60,829 nucleotides of DNA from Dimargaris cristalligena. Its lineage: Eukaryota. Of the stretch, positions 12,212 through 24,400 are shown piece after piece. Made by a program: the position numbers and the translations under genes. Where the stretch lies: assembly GCA_003614675.1 (NCBI GenBank), contig ML002242.1, positions 1 through 60,829 of the forward strand. The letters are read 5' to 3'. Below the pieces are notes generated by a model that had not been told where the DNA came from, did no database searches, and worked only from the letters and a program-made list of their open reading frames with translations. The number at the start of each line of letters is the position of its first letter. The first letter of the stretch is position 1.

Positions 12212-12820
12212 GGTGAGGTTGACAGATGTAGAACCACTAAAAAAACGAATTTAAAACAAGGTAAGGGTAGAAGAAACAGTTGACTGGAAAAAGGCAGAGT
12301 GGGCTTCAAAGTCACTCTCCCTTGGTAAGCCCGTTAATACAGTATGGCGAATATATATGACGAGTGTGCCCCCTAATACTAAGCACACTTTAAGTAACCC
12401 CTTAATAGCACAGCGCTACTACCCTCCCCACTGCCACCCAGAGCCTATATATTATCACGTGACCTTTGCATCGGGCCTTACCAAATTTCGGAGGCAATCC
12501 ATTCGAAACTGGACTAAGGTTCGCAGAACCAAAGCTAGTCCAGTGGACACTACTACGACTTGGTATAAGAAATCCCTGCGTAAACCATCACATCCCACAT
12601 TGAGGGTGGGGAGAGACCACGGCCCATGATTCAAAGGGGAGTGGTGATCGAAAGAACACTGTGGCATTTAGAATCGATCCCAGAGTAACTCTTTCAACGA
12701 TTCAACAACCACTTTAGTTAACTTGTGTTTGCATAGCTCTTTTACTATATAGTTTTGTTGGATTTATAGACTTTACTGGGGTCTCCACAGTTGGTCATTT
12801 TATTTTTATTGTCTTAGCCC

Positions 12821-13697
12821 ATGAATTTTCTCGCACACGCCCCTATTAGGACCGGCGCCTCGTTAGGCTCCCCCGTGTCCGGGTTGACGCTAATCGGAAG
12901 CCGACTCTTGACCCCGACCCTTACGCAATGGGTAAGTAGATTACATCCCTGTCTTACCAGATCAGAAATATGTTGAATTCGGCCGTCAGTCACTTTCTAG
13001 GCCCGCTCAATACTTGACATGTGTACTATGACTGGTCGACATTACTGCTCTGAGTCAAGTGCAAGACCATTAAATTTGCTTGATTAACTAATTAATATTT
13101 GTATATTTATGTATATGTGTATATATGTCTGTATATTACGATATCATATGACGTGGTGCTTGGCAGCGTGGGGTTAAAATGGCCAAACGGATTAGAATCA
13201 AGCTCCTTATGGACAAGCCTGGCATGGGGCAGGCAGGCGATGTCGTGGAGGTCAAACCCGGCTTTATGCGCAATGAACTATACCCCAAAGGAGTGGCCGA
13301 ATACGTGATTGTGTATACCGGTCCCCGGAATCGCCAGGCCGAAGCGGAGCAGGTGGCGGAACAGGCCCGTGAAAAGGCGATCAAGTCGGGCCAGCTCGAC
13401 CCTTCGATCCACCGGGACCTCTACATTCGGCTGCGGGCCAAGGCCGATCGCATTGAGTCGTTGTCGGCCATTGAGTTCGTGCGGCCTCGGATTCGTCCCA
13501 ATGATTCCGCTATTTTCGGATCGGTGTCCGCGGACGATATCCTCAACCAACTACGCAGCGAATACCAGGTCGAATTGGACCCCAATTCGATTGAAATTGA
13601 GCGTATCAAGGCCCTGGGCCAATACACCTGCCAGATTCAAATCCCCCATCTGGGTAAATTCCCCCTCAAAGTCAAGGTTAAGGCGCCCCAGGCTTAA
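12821..13697 (+). CDS. MRPL9: Mitochondrial ribosomal protein bL9m; exons 12821-12931 and 13167-13697
   Basis: L9 N-domain GQAGDVVEVKPGFMRNELYPKGVAEY and C-domain IFGSVSADDI...IKALGQY. A presequence-like first exon is joined by a phase-0 intron (GTAAGT 12932 to ggcag 13166). Confidence 0.9.
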
Positions 13698-15221
13698 TTA
13701 CATGATAGTTCGCCCGAAAAGTTCTCAATACAACCCCCTCCCCTCATCCCACCTCCCAGAGACCCCGCCATTATACCCAAGACTCTCTAGAACTATTACT
13801 TGGCATTCGTAAAATAAACCACCACCGAGGTTCTAGAAGCACACGCCTGAACCCGATGACCGAGCCGTGTGCTGGTGTTTTTTTCTTAGTTCCAACCGGT
13901 TTGATTATGCAGCCTATGATATCCCACGACTAAACCACCCCTTATATTTTAAGTCCGGGTCAATTGCTCGGAGTAGATTTAGACGATAACACATTATCCC
14001 CGTCTGAGTGACTATGCTGATTTAAAGGAGTCTTAATAAGACCGATCTTTTCATGCAGGGGTCTAGAAATTGAATGACTGGGAAACTTATAAACTGAAGG
14101 AGGCGGGTATTGTTGAATAATCGAACTATTATTGTTACATGGAAATCACCGCCCACGCGGTGGAGTTTCTGGAATACCAATAACTAATGGAGAATAGTAT
14201 GGCCGAATGTACGAAACAGGCGGGAAGACCGCTCTCGAACCCAGGAAAGCATCGGGGTTGCCAAACACAACCAAAAACATTGTATTGAACCAGCGAAAGT
14301 TGCAGCCCAACGCCGCCTGCCGGAGATCTGCACGCTATACTTTGTGCACACCTACTGCTTTGCGTCATGGGAAGCAGTTGAAAATGGCATCAGGGGGCTA
14401 TTATGTTGATATGCCATAGTATAGCGGAACTGGGGGGTAATCCTATTGAGTTGGCGGAAGACTCGCTGATCACCATGGTGGATTTATCTAGAATTAATCC
14501 ACACCCGGGAATCCCCTTTATATACGAAGGTCTCACTGCTAAACCTTACAGTAGAGATTTGAGTCGTTAAGCTGCGGCCCACCATGTGACCAAGTGGACG
14601 TTCACACCAACTGGGGATGAGTAGGATATAAGTAGAACGACTGACTGGCTATCCAAGTGCGTCGAGGATTTCCCATATGCCTGATTGAATAGGGCATGTC
14701 AGACCAAGCAATGCTGGTGGAATTGGGATTATATACCAATCAGGTATTTGCCAATGGGCATTTAAATACCCTGGACCGGCGCAACTGCCTCTACGCTCCA
14801 AGATATATACTCTCATTATTTTCAAACTTACCTTCTGTCGCCCGACATTTACATTTCGTATTGCTGCTTTTTTATTTCTAGGGCCATTCCTCTAACTGGA
14901 ATCCTCGACCCGTAGCGATTTTCCTCTCGATTAGCATCTTCGGTACCAGGTCTTTTGTATTGGTCGCGTATTGGATTTGCCATTGGCCATTATCAAACCA
15001 TACAGCCAAGTCATTTTTTTATATACTTCCCCATTCGTTTAATACAGCGCCCAGTATATATTACTGCTTGCGAGGTTAATCATTCGTTCTAGTATTTAGG
15101 GCTGCGCTATATAATTATAATTATAATTATAAGTATCCTTATTTGTAAACTGATATTTATCCAATTTACCCAGGCGTGCATTATTTTGACTATAACTCCG
15201 CCTTCACTATAACACTCCCCC

Positions 15222-18050
15222 ATGACCAGCACCATTCCCGCCGTGGGACCTCTTCCGGCCCCTGAGACGTTCCGCCCAGAAAAAGTGACTCTAGACGGGA
15301 TTAGTGTGGAGCAACTGCAACACCATCTCACCCTGTTGAAATGGTTCAAGGAATTGGAATCCGGCGACGTTGCGGCCGACAAACGCTTTCTTCTTCTCGC
15401 TGAGCAGCGGTATGAAGCCTGGGCGCGCATTCTCCAGAGCCTCGCTGACCGCCCGAACGATGTGCCCGTACCGCCCATTGGTAAGTCCTTACTGCCCCGT
15501 ATTGCAGCGCCCTCCATTGCCCTCCCAGCCTTTTTGTGAAACTCCGCCCGTGATTGCGCCAATACCTAGCACCCGCCGCCTGTTCAACCGTCTTCACCTC
15601 TGTTGGCCTTCCCGCACTTAAACCACCCACTCTATTTTTCTGCTTTGGAATACCTCACAATGGCTGACCATAGACATTGCATACATGTGGCATAGCCATA
15701 TGCTCTCACCCCACCGCTACTATGAGGACAATTATTATCTCCAACGCCGCGATACGGTCATGAACATTGCCTTCCCCCTACGCCAGCTCCACGATACGTA
15801 CATGAGTGGTAAAAAACCCAGCGATACCACTATTCGTCAATGGGAAAAAGTCACACATTTGCCCTACAAGTTGGATATAGCGGACCATCCCGACTACAAG
15901 TCCAACTGTAAATGGTGTGATAAGGCTATGCGGTTGGACTGGCCAACTATTATTGACCTACGCACTGCCAAAGTCCCCAAAAGCCGCGTTACTTGCGATG
16001 GCTGCCAGGCGGAGTGGAATCGCGATACTGTCAGTGGACATCTCTTTTGGACGGATGTGAAGCGATATTTGGATGACCCCGCCCAGTCCCTGGTCAGGTA
16101 AGTAAGCGCTCCCCACCCCTAATCCGGGCCAAGAGGCCCGTGTAATTTTCTCACATACCCACTATTTGGGGAAAACATATGTATATCCCCCTCTGGCCCC
16201 TCGTATCCAAATTACTCCGCCCCTGTACCGAATATTTGCGGAGGGTGCCACACTTCTCCATGCTAAATTTCGTTTTATCAAAATTTCCTAAAATACTAAT
16301 TTATCTGCAAATCTATCTAACCTTTTGATATACGCGCAGAGGGGCCATCCTTTCGCCTGGCATGGGGTTTACCGACCCTAGCGCGGCTGACCAAGACCAT
16401 GTCATCCTTTTCGACGGGCTTTCTTCCGAAGATATACAAACCCGCCTGGTGGATTGGAAAGCCTGTCAGTGGAAGAACATCATTGCAGATCTTAAGGAGG
16501 TCAAAACTCGGGCCATATCCCGTCGTCGTTGGCGCGCCATCCATCCCCAGACCGTCGATAAGATGGGGGGCGCTTACCGCGAACTTACCGCGCCATTCTC
16601 CCTCGATCTTTGTTTGGCGGTTCAGCGTCAAAGAAAGTTCACGGATACCATGGCGAACATCCAGTGGGATACCCCAACTTCTCTTGGCATGTAAGTTCCA
16701 TCCAGCTGTGCAATACAACCTCTCCAGGTCCCCATCGGATTGTTTATACGGGTCGTGCCCTACGATACTACGGACAATTACCTTCACTGTCCAACGAAAC
16801 CAGTATCTAATCGGGCTGTAGCATCACCGGTATTTGGGTGTACCCTCTATCATTCGATTATATATCTTTGTTTGTTTTCCACTGCAATAGCTCCATTTTA
16901 CGGTACCACCGGTTTTTGCAACTGATGACCGGGGATGGCAGCTCCATCCGCGTCCCCACCATCGATATTGACTTGGCCTGGCATACCCATCAGCTACATC
17001 CCGCCCGCTACCGAGATTACACCATAGAGAAAATTGGCCACTTTATTAACCACGATGATACCATTTCACCCAAAGATCTTAAAAGATCGTTCGAGACCAC
17101 TGCTCTGGCATGGCACAAAGCCTATAAGCAGCCCTACACAGTAGACAGCCTTAATCGCACCTATTTATCGCCACTACGTGTAAGTAAGCCCAAAGTCCCG
17201 TTTGGTTGGTATCTAATCCCGTTACTCCAAGTGGAAATGCCTCGGTGTAGTCTGTAGCCGGCCAAACGCCACAATCCGCCGACTCACGCATAGTTAAGGC
17301 ACCATACCAATATCATTTTCACCTAATCATACCCCTGTGTCACAATCCCCTCTCCGTATACCAATGTATCCTCCTCCCTACCTACAGGTGGCGTTTAGTG
17401 TTATAAACCCCGTCTTTGCCTTTTTTGTTGTCCGCAGATACATGCAATTGTCAAAAGCGCGACAAAAACAGAAAACCGTGCCCAATAGCAAATCCCAGTC
17501 AAACCAACGCGGGGAAACAGGCGATGACGACGGGCCTCCCAAACAGTAAGTAGATTACTAGTTAGTAGGGCTTTGTTATTCGTTTTGGCATGGCCTAGTT
17601 TAAGCAGGATGCTCTTACTGCATCACCTCAAGATTCTAAAAATTCATCGGATTGGTTATACACTCCTCTCCCACCATCAGACACTATTGGCTAACCACAC
17701 TGACATACTGCATTTTAAAATTTGCAATGGACGGCTTCCGACTGCATTATATATCTAGGGATAATCGACCACACCACGCCATGTGCACTGCATCCGTTCC
17801 CTTTTATTTCCCAATCTGGTATGATGGCGGTATGGGCTATGGCTATCCGTCCGCCGGGACTTACGACTGCAACAGCCCCGTTGGTTGGGGTCAATACGGC
17901 GATGGAGGAGCGGGAGGGTCCGGCGCCGGTTGTGGTGTGGGAGGCTGTGGATCAGGTGGAGATGGTGGTGGGGGCGGCGGTGGGTGTGGAGGCGGTGGAG
18001 GTGGTGGAGGATGCGGTGGAGGCGGGTGCGGGGGTGGGGGCGGAGGATAA
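15222..18050 (+). CDS. Glycine-rich domain protein (GRDP/DUF1399-like); exons 15222-15480, 15674-16097, 16340-16690, 16891-17179, 17388-17545, 17759-18050
   Basis: Two DUF1399-type repeats (AEQRYEAW..PPIDIAYMWHSHMLSPHRY and RYHRFLQL..VPTIDIDLAWHTHQLHPARY..INHDD), FSLDLCLAVQRQRKF, and a Gly/Cys tail. All five introns start GTAAGT, end AG and preserve frame. Confidence 0.88.
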
Positions 18051-18741
18051 GAGAGCCGATCGCCCCCTTATAATATAACAAGTCCGTTACTACTAATTCT
18101 CTGAAGGGAATTTCAAAGACATTATATACCCTCTACTCATTATCTAATCGGCCTAAGTCTTTGTCCACCATGCGTATAAGCATTTGGTAGCATGGCTTAG
18201 TCTGTTTCCATCTAACCGGCAATCACTCCATACTTCTTTAGCCCCACATAAGACTGTGTTTAATAATAGAGCCATGGGGACACCCCGATATATTCAAATA
18301 GCACTAATTAAAGCTGAGTTTCGAATGAGCACGTCCCCGATTCGTCTGTGACCCGAGGTTTCATAACCCGATGACCAAAAACTACTAATGTCTTAGGTTG
18401 ACCTTGTCCTTGATTGTGGTAGACAGGAGTATAGGGGTTAATCCGAAACCACCGGATCATTAGGAAACTGCATACAGTTCCACTTCAGAGAATCTGCAAA
18501 TGAGTACTATAAGTCCGCTGTCATTCAACCGTACCTTTACATTAGTATATCCACCATCTAACTTGACTTGCTTTCAACCTAATGAACAATTTTATAGATC
18601 GCTTATATTAATACATTCGATAATTCACCGAATAATAAGATACGGTTTAGTCTCGCTTAAAATTTAGAATTACGTTGCTCCTGATACTATTATTTTCCTG
18701 GTTTGCGCATCGGTTCCTCGCTTTCAATCGGAAGTCCAGAG

Positions 18742-19905
18742 ATGGACCAGCCAATTAATAGTGGAAACCCTCCCCCCCAACTTCGTTACCGGTACCCACC
18801 CCCTATCCCGTATGACAACCCCATCGCACCCTACCCAGCCCAGGTAGAACGGGCATCCAGTCCCAGCCCCAGTCCCAGCGATGGCCAAACCGGACTACTC
18901 AGTCGACTTCACCGCCGAATTTTTCCCCTCAACCAATGGGTGAACCACCCGTGGGGCAGCCGTGAGACGAAGGCCAAATGGAAAGCCAGCGATCGCGATA
19001 TGCCCATCGACTACGTCCCCCTGCACGATCTCAGCCGCGTCTTAGCCCGTCACAGCTGGCTCTACCGACTCCGCTACCGCTACCGGGAATACCTAGCCGA
19101 ATTCGTGGGTATGTATATCCAAACCATCATTGGTCTGGGGGCTATTTTCACGGCCAAACTGAACCCTGACGCTTTGCACCAGTCCTTTTTTCTGTCCAGT
19201 TTCGGCTGGATCCCGGGACTGATGATGGGCCTCTTCGTCGCCCAGGGGGTATCGGGGGGACACTTGAACCCGGCCCTCACTGTGGCCTTTGCCTTTTGGC
19301 GCCATTTTCCCTGGCGCAAAGTGCCGGGCTACATTTTTTCGCAGACTCTGGGGTCGTTCGCGGCCGCCGCGACGCTGAACTTGTTATACCTGCAGTCCCT
19401 CAACGCCTACGAGCACCACCAACTTACCATCTACGGACCCACCGCCACTGCCTCTCTGTACACCTCAGTTCCCCTCAAGGAAATCAACAATGCCACGGCT
19501 TTCCTGTCCGAAGCCCTGGGTACCGGTATGATCGCCATGGGCGCATTCGCGGCCACGGATGGCTACAATATGCCCCCCAAAAACTGGACCCCCCTTGCGT
19601 TGGGCATTATTGTGGGCACCATGGTCCTGTGCTTGGGTTTCCAAGGAGGCGGGGGCCTTAACCCTGCTATTGATTTAGGGCCCCGGCTTTATACCTTGGC
19701 CGCGGGGTACGGTCCCGGGATGTTTACCCTGCATGACCACTACGCCTGGGTCCCCTACGTGGCGCCCTTCTGCGGGACTGTGTTGTGCGGATTGATTTAT
19801 AACGTCGTCATCGTCTCGCATGTGGAGTTGCACAGTCATCATCCAACTATAAAGCCGAAGCCATGGCGAAAGATTCTGCCCGGTCGGCTACGCCGTCACC
19901 ACTGA
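18742..19905 (+). CDS. Aquaglyceroporin (MIP family) with atypical selectivity filter
   Basis: EYLAEFVG, GVSGGHLNPALT, FPWRKVPGYIFSQTLG, second motif NPAID(LGPR), six hydrophobic helices. First ATG at 18742. Confidence 0.93.
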   Translation: MDQPINSGNPPPQLRYRYPPPIPYDNPIAPYPAQVERASSPSPSPSDGQTGLLSRLHRRIFPLNQWVNHPWGSRETKAKWKASDRDMPIDYVPLHDLSRVLARHSWLYRLRYRYREYLAEFVGMYIQTIIGLGAIFTAKLNPDALHQSFFLSSFGWIPGLMMGLFVAQGVSGGHLNPALTVAFAFWRHFPWRKVPGYIFSQTLGSFAAAATLNLLYLQSLNAYEHHQLTIYGPTATASLYTSVPLKEINNATAFLSEALGTGMIAMGAFAATDGYNMPPKNWTPLALGIIVGTMVLCLGFQGGGGLNPAIDLGPRLYTLAAGYGPGMFTLHDHYAWVPYVAPFCGTVLCGLIYNVVIVSHVELHSHHPTIKPKPWRKILPGRLRRHH

Positions 19906-20188
19906 AAACCTACACCTGTATGTATCCTTTAATATCCCTATTGTACCTCTTTGCTTCCCTTGTAGGTATTTCTTTTAATTCACTAGAAATTCAATAAAAA
20001 TAGGCTTCGAAGAGTAACACATGATTGTAACCCTGGGTAGATGAGTTATTTATATAAAAATGGGGTATAATGAGCGATGTAGATGTCCTTATATTTGCAA
20101 ATATTGGTGTTTGCACGCACGAATCAACTGGTGGGAGAGGCTTAGTTATGAAACATATAACTAAAGGTACTAGCGATTAAAACCACGC

Positions 20189-21454
20189 TTAGTTGCCTTC
20201 GCTCCTTTGGACGGAATACTTTCCGGGTATCTTTCCCAGAATGGAACGAAACGATCGAGTGAGGGCGGAACCAATAAAGGTCGAGGCGTCGTCTTTGGTG
20301 AAGGCTAACTTTAGTGTTTTCGCATCCACCGATGGTGCATGGGCCGAGTGATTGACATCACCACGGCCTTGGGACTGATAATTAGCACTTCCTTCGTTTG
20401 GCACCATGGCGAATTTGTCTCGAACGGCATAGCTCTGCTGAACCTGAGCCACATTGTGCATTTCCTTAGCATACTGCCAGAAATAATCCGAGACAGTATC
20501 CACTAAATGCTTCCTATCCATGACATTGGCATAGAAAGCACTGTCCTCCCAGCTATAGTCTGACAGGCCATCTGTGTCTAATTCACTTTCGGCCGATTCG
20601 AAACTAGCTGTTCTTGCTTGGACATTCCCCGGACCCTTAGTTGGTGTACCGCTCATGGAGCTGTCTTGGTAGCGGGGTAGTTTGGCTGACACAGACTTAG
20701 GCAAATACTCCATTAATTTCCTGTCGTTCGCAATACCTTGGACAAGTACGGATCCTAAATTAAACAGTCACCATGATAGGGTTGGATCCACCAACATGCA
20801 GGCATAAAGCGGGTGCGATTTGGCTAGGACTGGTACGACTGTCTTATAGGTATATTTGACAATCTTGGTCCGTGGATTGGACTGGCTGGACAAATAGGCG
20901 TTGAAGCTTGCCCCGAGAATTTCAAAGTAGGTCTTATAGAGGGTTTGGATCTCGCTGGAGCTCAAAGTCGACTCCGCATAATCCTTAATAGCCTGGGCGT
21001 GGGTTTCAGTCCAATCATGGATTTTAGTCACTTTCGAGCAGGCTGAATTGTAGGACTAGAATGGTAAGCATATGGAGTGGGGGATAATCAATTATAGTTA
21101 TGGGTGGAATGGAGCGTAGAGAACGGATCAATATATGGGCATTAAAACACTGTAATAACCACGCTATAGTTCCAGACTGGGCCACGATATAAACCTGCCT
21201 TGCCCAAAGGGGGGAGGATATATCTCACCCAATGTAGGTATAATTAGATACATAGTCCGGCCATCGCAACTTACAAGTAACAATTTCGCGACATTTCTAA
21301 TACCACTTGCTGGAGTTTGGTTAGTACTGGGGACATTGGAAATTAGTGAATCCGAGGAGCCGGGGAGATTATCGGTGCTTTGACTTCCCCAATTCATACA
21401 GACCACTGTCGCAACCAAAAGCGGCGAAGCCCAGAGTATCTGATGAACTAGCAT
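20189..21454 (-). pseudogene. Putative secreted protein (paralogue B) with one in-frame TGA at 20768-20770, either a recent pseudogene or readthrough; exons 21454-21275 and 21055-20189
   Basis: Leader MLVHQILWASPLLVATVVC. Phase-0 intron 21274-21056. Shares YFxILGxSFxAYL, SHPLYACM and LAFTKxDA with paralogue A. The two ORF-track pieces are in the same frame, separated only by TGA. Confidence 0.72.
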
Positions 21455-24400
21455 GTTGGATAGAAATCGCTAGAAAGCAAATCGGTGGTTAGTCTGGCAA
21501 CTTGGTACGTGGAGCTACTCTCAATGAAAGTAAACTGCATCGGAAATGTGGCAAGTGAATAAGACCCGTGTAATAGAAAGTAAGTGGGAAAAAAGGCAGG
21601 TGAACGCGGGGATTAAAGGTATCATATATATATATATATATATATTATACGCAAACTGCCATCCTCCATCTCTTTTGCCATTTTTATCCGCTATACTTGA
21701 CCCTAATGTTCCGACTGGATTAGTCGTATAGCTGAGCTCGGCTCCGCATACCCCCAACCCACCCTGGCCACAAATAGACCAATAATATCATTTTACACCC
21801 TCGTGCACGAGAAAAACCAACGAATGCGTCGCCTTCAAGTCCAATAAAAATCGAGGCTATCCGATTAGGGTTGCACAAACCAAACCGTAGGTTCTTTCTG
21901 GTAATTCGAATTCAACTTTCATTGTTTTCCTTTTTTCATTTCCGGTATATACATACCCACCCTCCCACATCTATTCACTCACCCCCCCTTTTTTTTATTC
22001 GTGGCTCGTTTCATTCACATATGCGTATTTGGGTCTGGTATGAGCAGCTACCACCTACGATAAAGCCGTATATGTGCCTTGTGCACTACAAGGGGTAGCT
22101 AATTGGATTTCGGAGCCCCAGATTTTCCCTTTTCTTAATTTGGGCGCGATGCGGCAGCCGGCAGCTAACTAATATGCAGAATTTACGTCCCATAGGGCAG
22201 TTCTCGTAGCCACCATTCCGCGCAGAATTTTTCTCGGAAGGGGAAATGGCCTGAACAACTCCACCGGGATCTACCCACACCCATGGAGTGACACCGCGAC
22301 TGGAAACAGAACTAAAGGGCGGACTTTCTAGAATCTCGAAAATTAGGAGAGAATGGGGAGTGCCTCCAGGCCATAAACTTGAGATATACCGTAAAGCATA
22401 AACGATGGGGCAAGTATGAATTACTAGACGAAGCCCCTCTTGTATATTTATGAAGGTAGCAAGGACAATAGCTGGTCGTATAGCTAGAAACGTTTCATAG
22501 GGCGTAAATTACAGGAGTAAAAATGATTTTGCCGATTATTATCCTATGTATAAACCATTCGGAATCCCATACGGCTGTATTGGATTGTGCCCATGTATTA
22601 TGATTTGCAGATTTGGTTAGTCCCCTAGAAAGTTACATTTATAAGTAGCGACTAGAAATAATAACATATTAGAATATATGCCTGGCCAGCTTTTACAAGA
22701 ACCCCCGACTGCTCTTAAACCATAACTAAAATTGACACCCGTGGTTGCAGACGACAATGTGGTAGAACTACCAGTGAAAATTGTCTTGTAGAAACAATGG
22801 GCTGCTGTGGGATTATTTGTATCGTGGAAATTAGACAAAGGGGAGGTGGGGTCAAATGCTCGACTATAAAATAAGTGACTAGTCAACGAAGTGATAGAGC
22901 GGTGAATACCGTTAGCATGCTACGGCTTAAGAGGGTGATACTAAAAGGGATTTAAGAGTGAGTAGGTGCACGTGTAAGGAATGGAGAAGAAAAGTAGGTC
23001 AGGCAAATAGAATAAACGTTGGAAACCTCAAATATGCTAGCTATAAATTACAATAATAGGCGACAGACCGTTGGGTAGGATAAATATAACTGAGTAAATG
23101 GCCGGCTCACGCGGGAAACTGGTTTTTCCGGGGACGACCAGGCATCATTAATTTGGTACATCTCCAAAAGGAATGGAATTAGTATGGCACACATGTGCGC
23201 CTTGTAGACTGGGCACCTCTGGTTAGCCCCAGGTCACCGGGCTATACCCTATAGCCCATGTACCTACTGTCCTCCATGCGGAGAGTATAGACAATGCCCC
23301 TTCGCCATGGGCTAATATAATGGGGCTTTATAGTCGCAAGACGCCAATGGTTGTATTAACCACCTTGGAGGGCCCGGTTCCGCCACCCCCCATAATGTAA
23401 GTTCCCCCGAACTCAATAGCTCAATGCAGGATATCGTATACACTCAAAATGGAGTGCATTTTCGTCTTGAAACCAGCCCCACCACTAATCTCTCCAGGGG
23501 CTGTTGTTGTTTGGTTCAAATTATTTGAATTTTCATAATAAAAAGGTTTGTTTTAAGCCTCAAGGCCACATAGTATAGACTAGCTAGCCCAAGTGTGTGG
23601 TATTCGATGTTTTTGGGGAAAAGTGTCAAAAAACCCTAGCCAATGAATATTAACTGCATGTCAAATATCCGTCCCAAATACTCCAAAAACCTGAAACCAA
23701 ATACGGGTGAAGATGGCAGCCTTGCTTCACCAAACCTGACGTGCCCTATTTGAACCCAGTAGATATACCTCGTGTACGCATCTTTGGATTACTAATGCTA
23801 TGAATAATGGGTCAGCTAAAAGTTTTATCCGAACGCAGCAATAGAATACCTGCAAGCGTCAGTCAACTTGGCGGACATGCTAACGGGACAAGCGGTACAG
23901 TTTATATTGGTCTAATGACATTAGTAGCACCAACGTAAATAAGAATTACCGACCAACGCAGAGTAGATGTAAAAGGCAACGGGTGGGCAATGGGTGGAAG
24001 TTGGGCCGGCTTAGTTGCACGGAGTGAACATTTCTGTTAAACCGAGACCTTTAGGGAGGGAGTACTGAGTAACGCCTGTAAAACAGCCTTGTCACCATGT
24101 AAAGCAATGGTATATTTTTAGGCGACTATGGCACACATATAATTACCGCCAGGACAGATTTACCGGCGAGGAGTAATACATGTAATTGTATAAATATCTA
24201 TGGAGCACAGGCTAAGGTTACTTTTGCCCCAATGCACGGGCCATTTTCGACTGCCGTGCGTTTTATTCTCAAATAATGGTTTTGGGGGGGTGAGGGGAGG
24301 GTACTACCTATCAGTGCAATTGGGCAGATTGTTTTACAAAATAACTCCGGTTCACTAATGGTGCTTGGTCCACTGTCTGGGTGGACACTACCAATGTAGC

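Noticed and set aside
19950-20770. Selenoprotein interpretation of the in-frame TGA
   Set aside because: The TGA aligns to Asp in the paralogue, there is no redox motif, and no SECIS-like AUGA/GA core was seen downstream (only an AT-rich TTAGTTAT/ATAACTAA hairpin).
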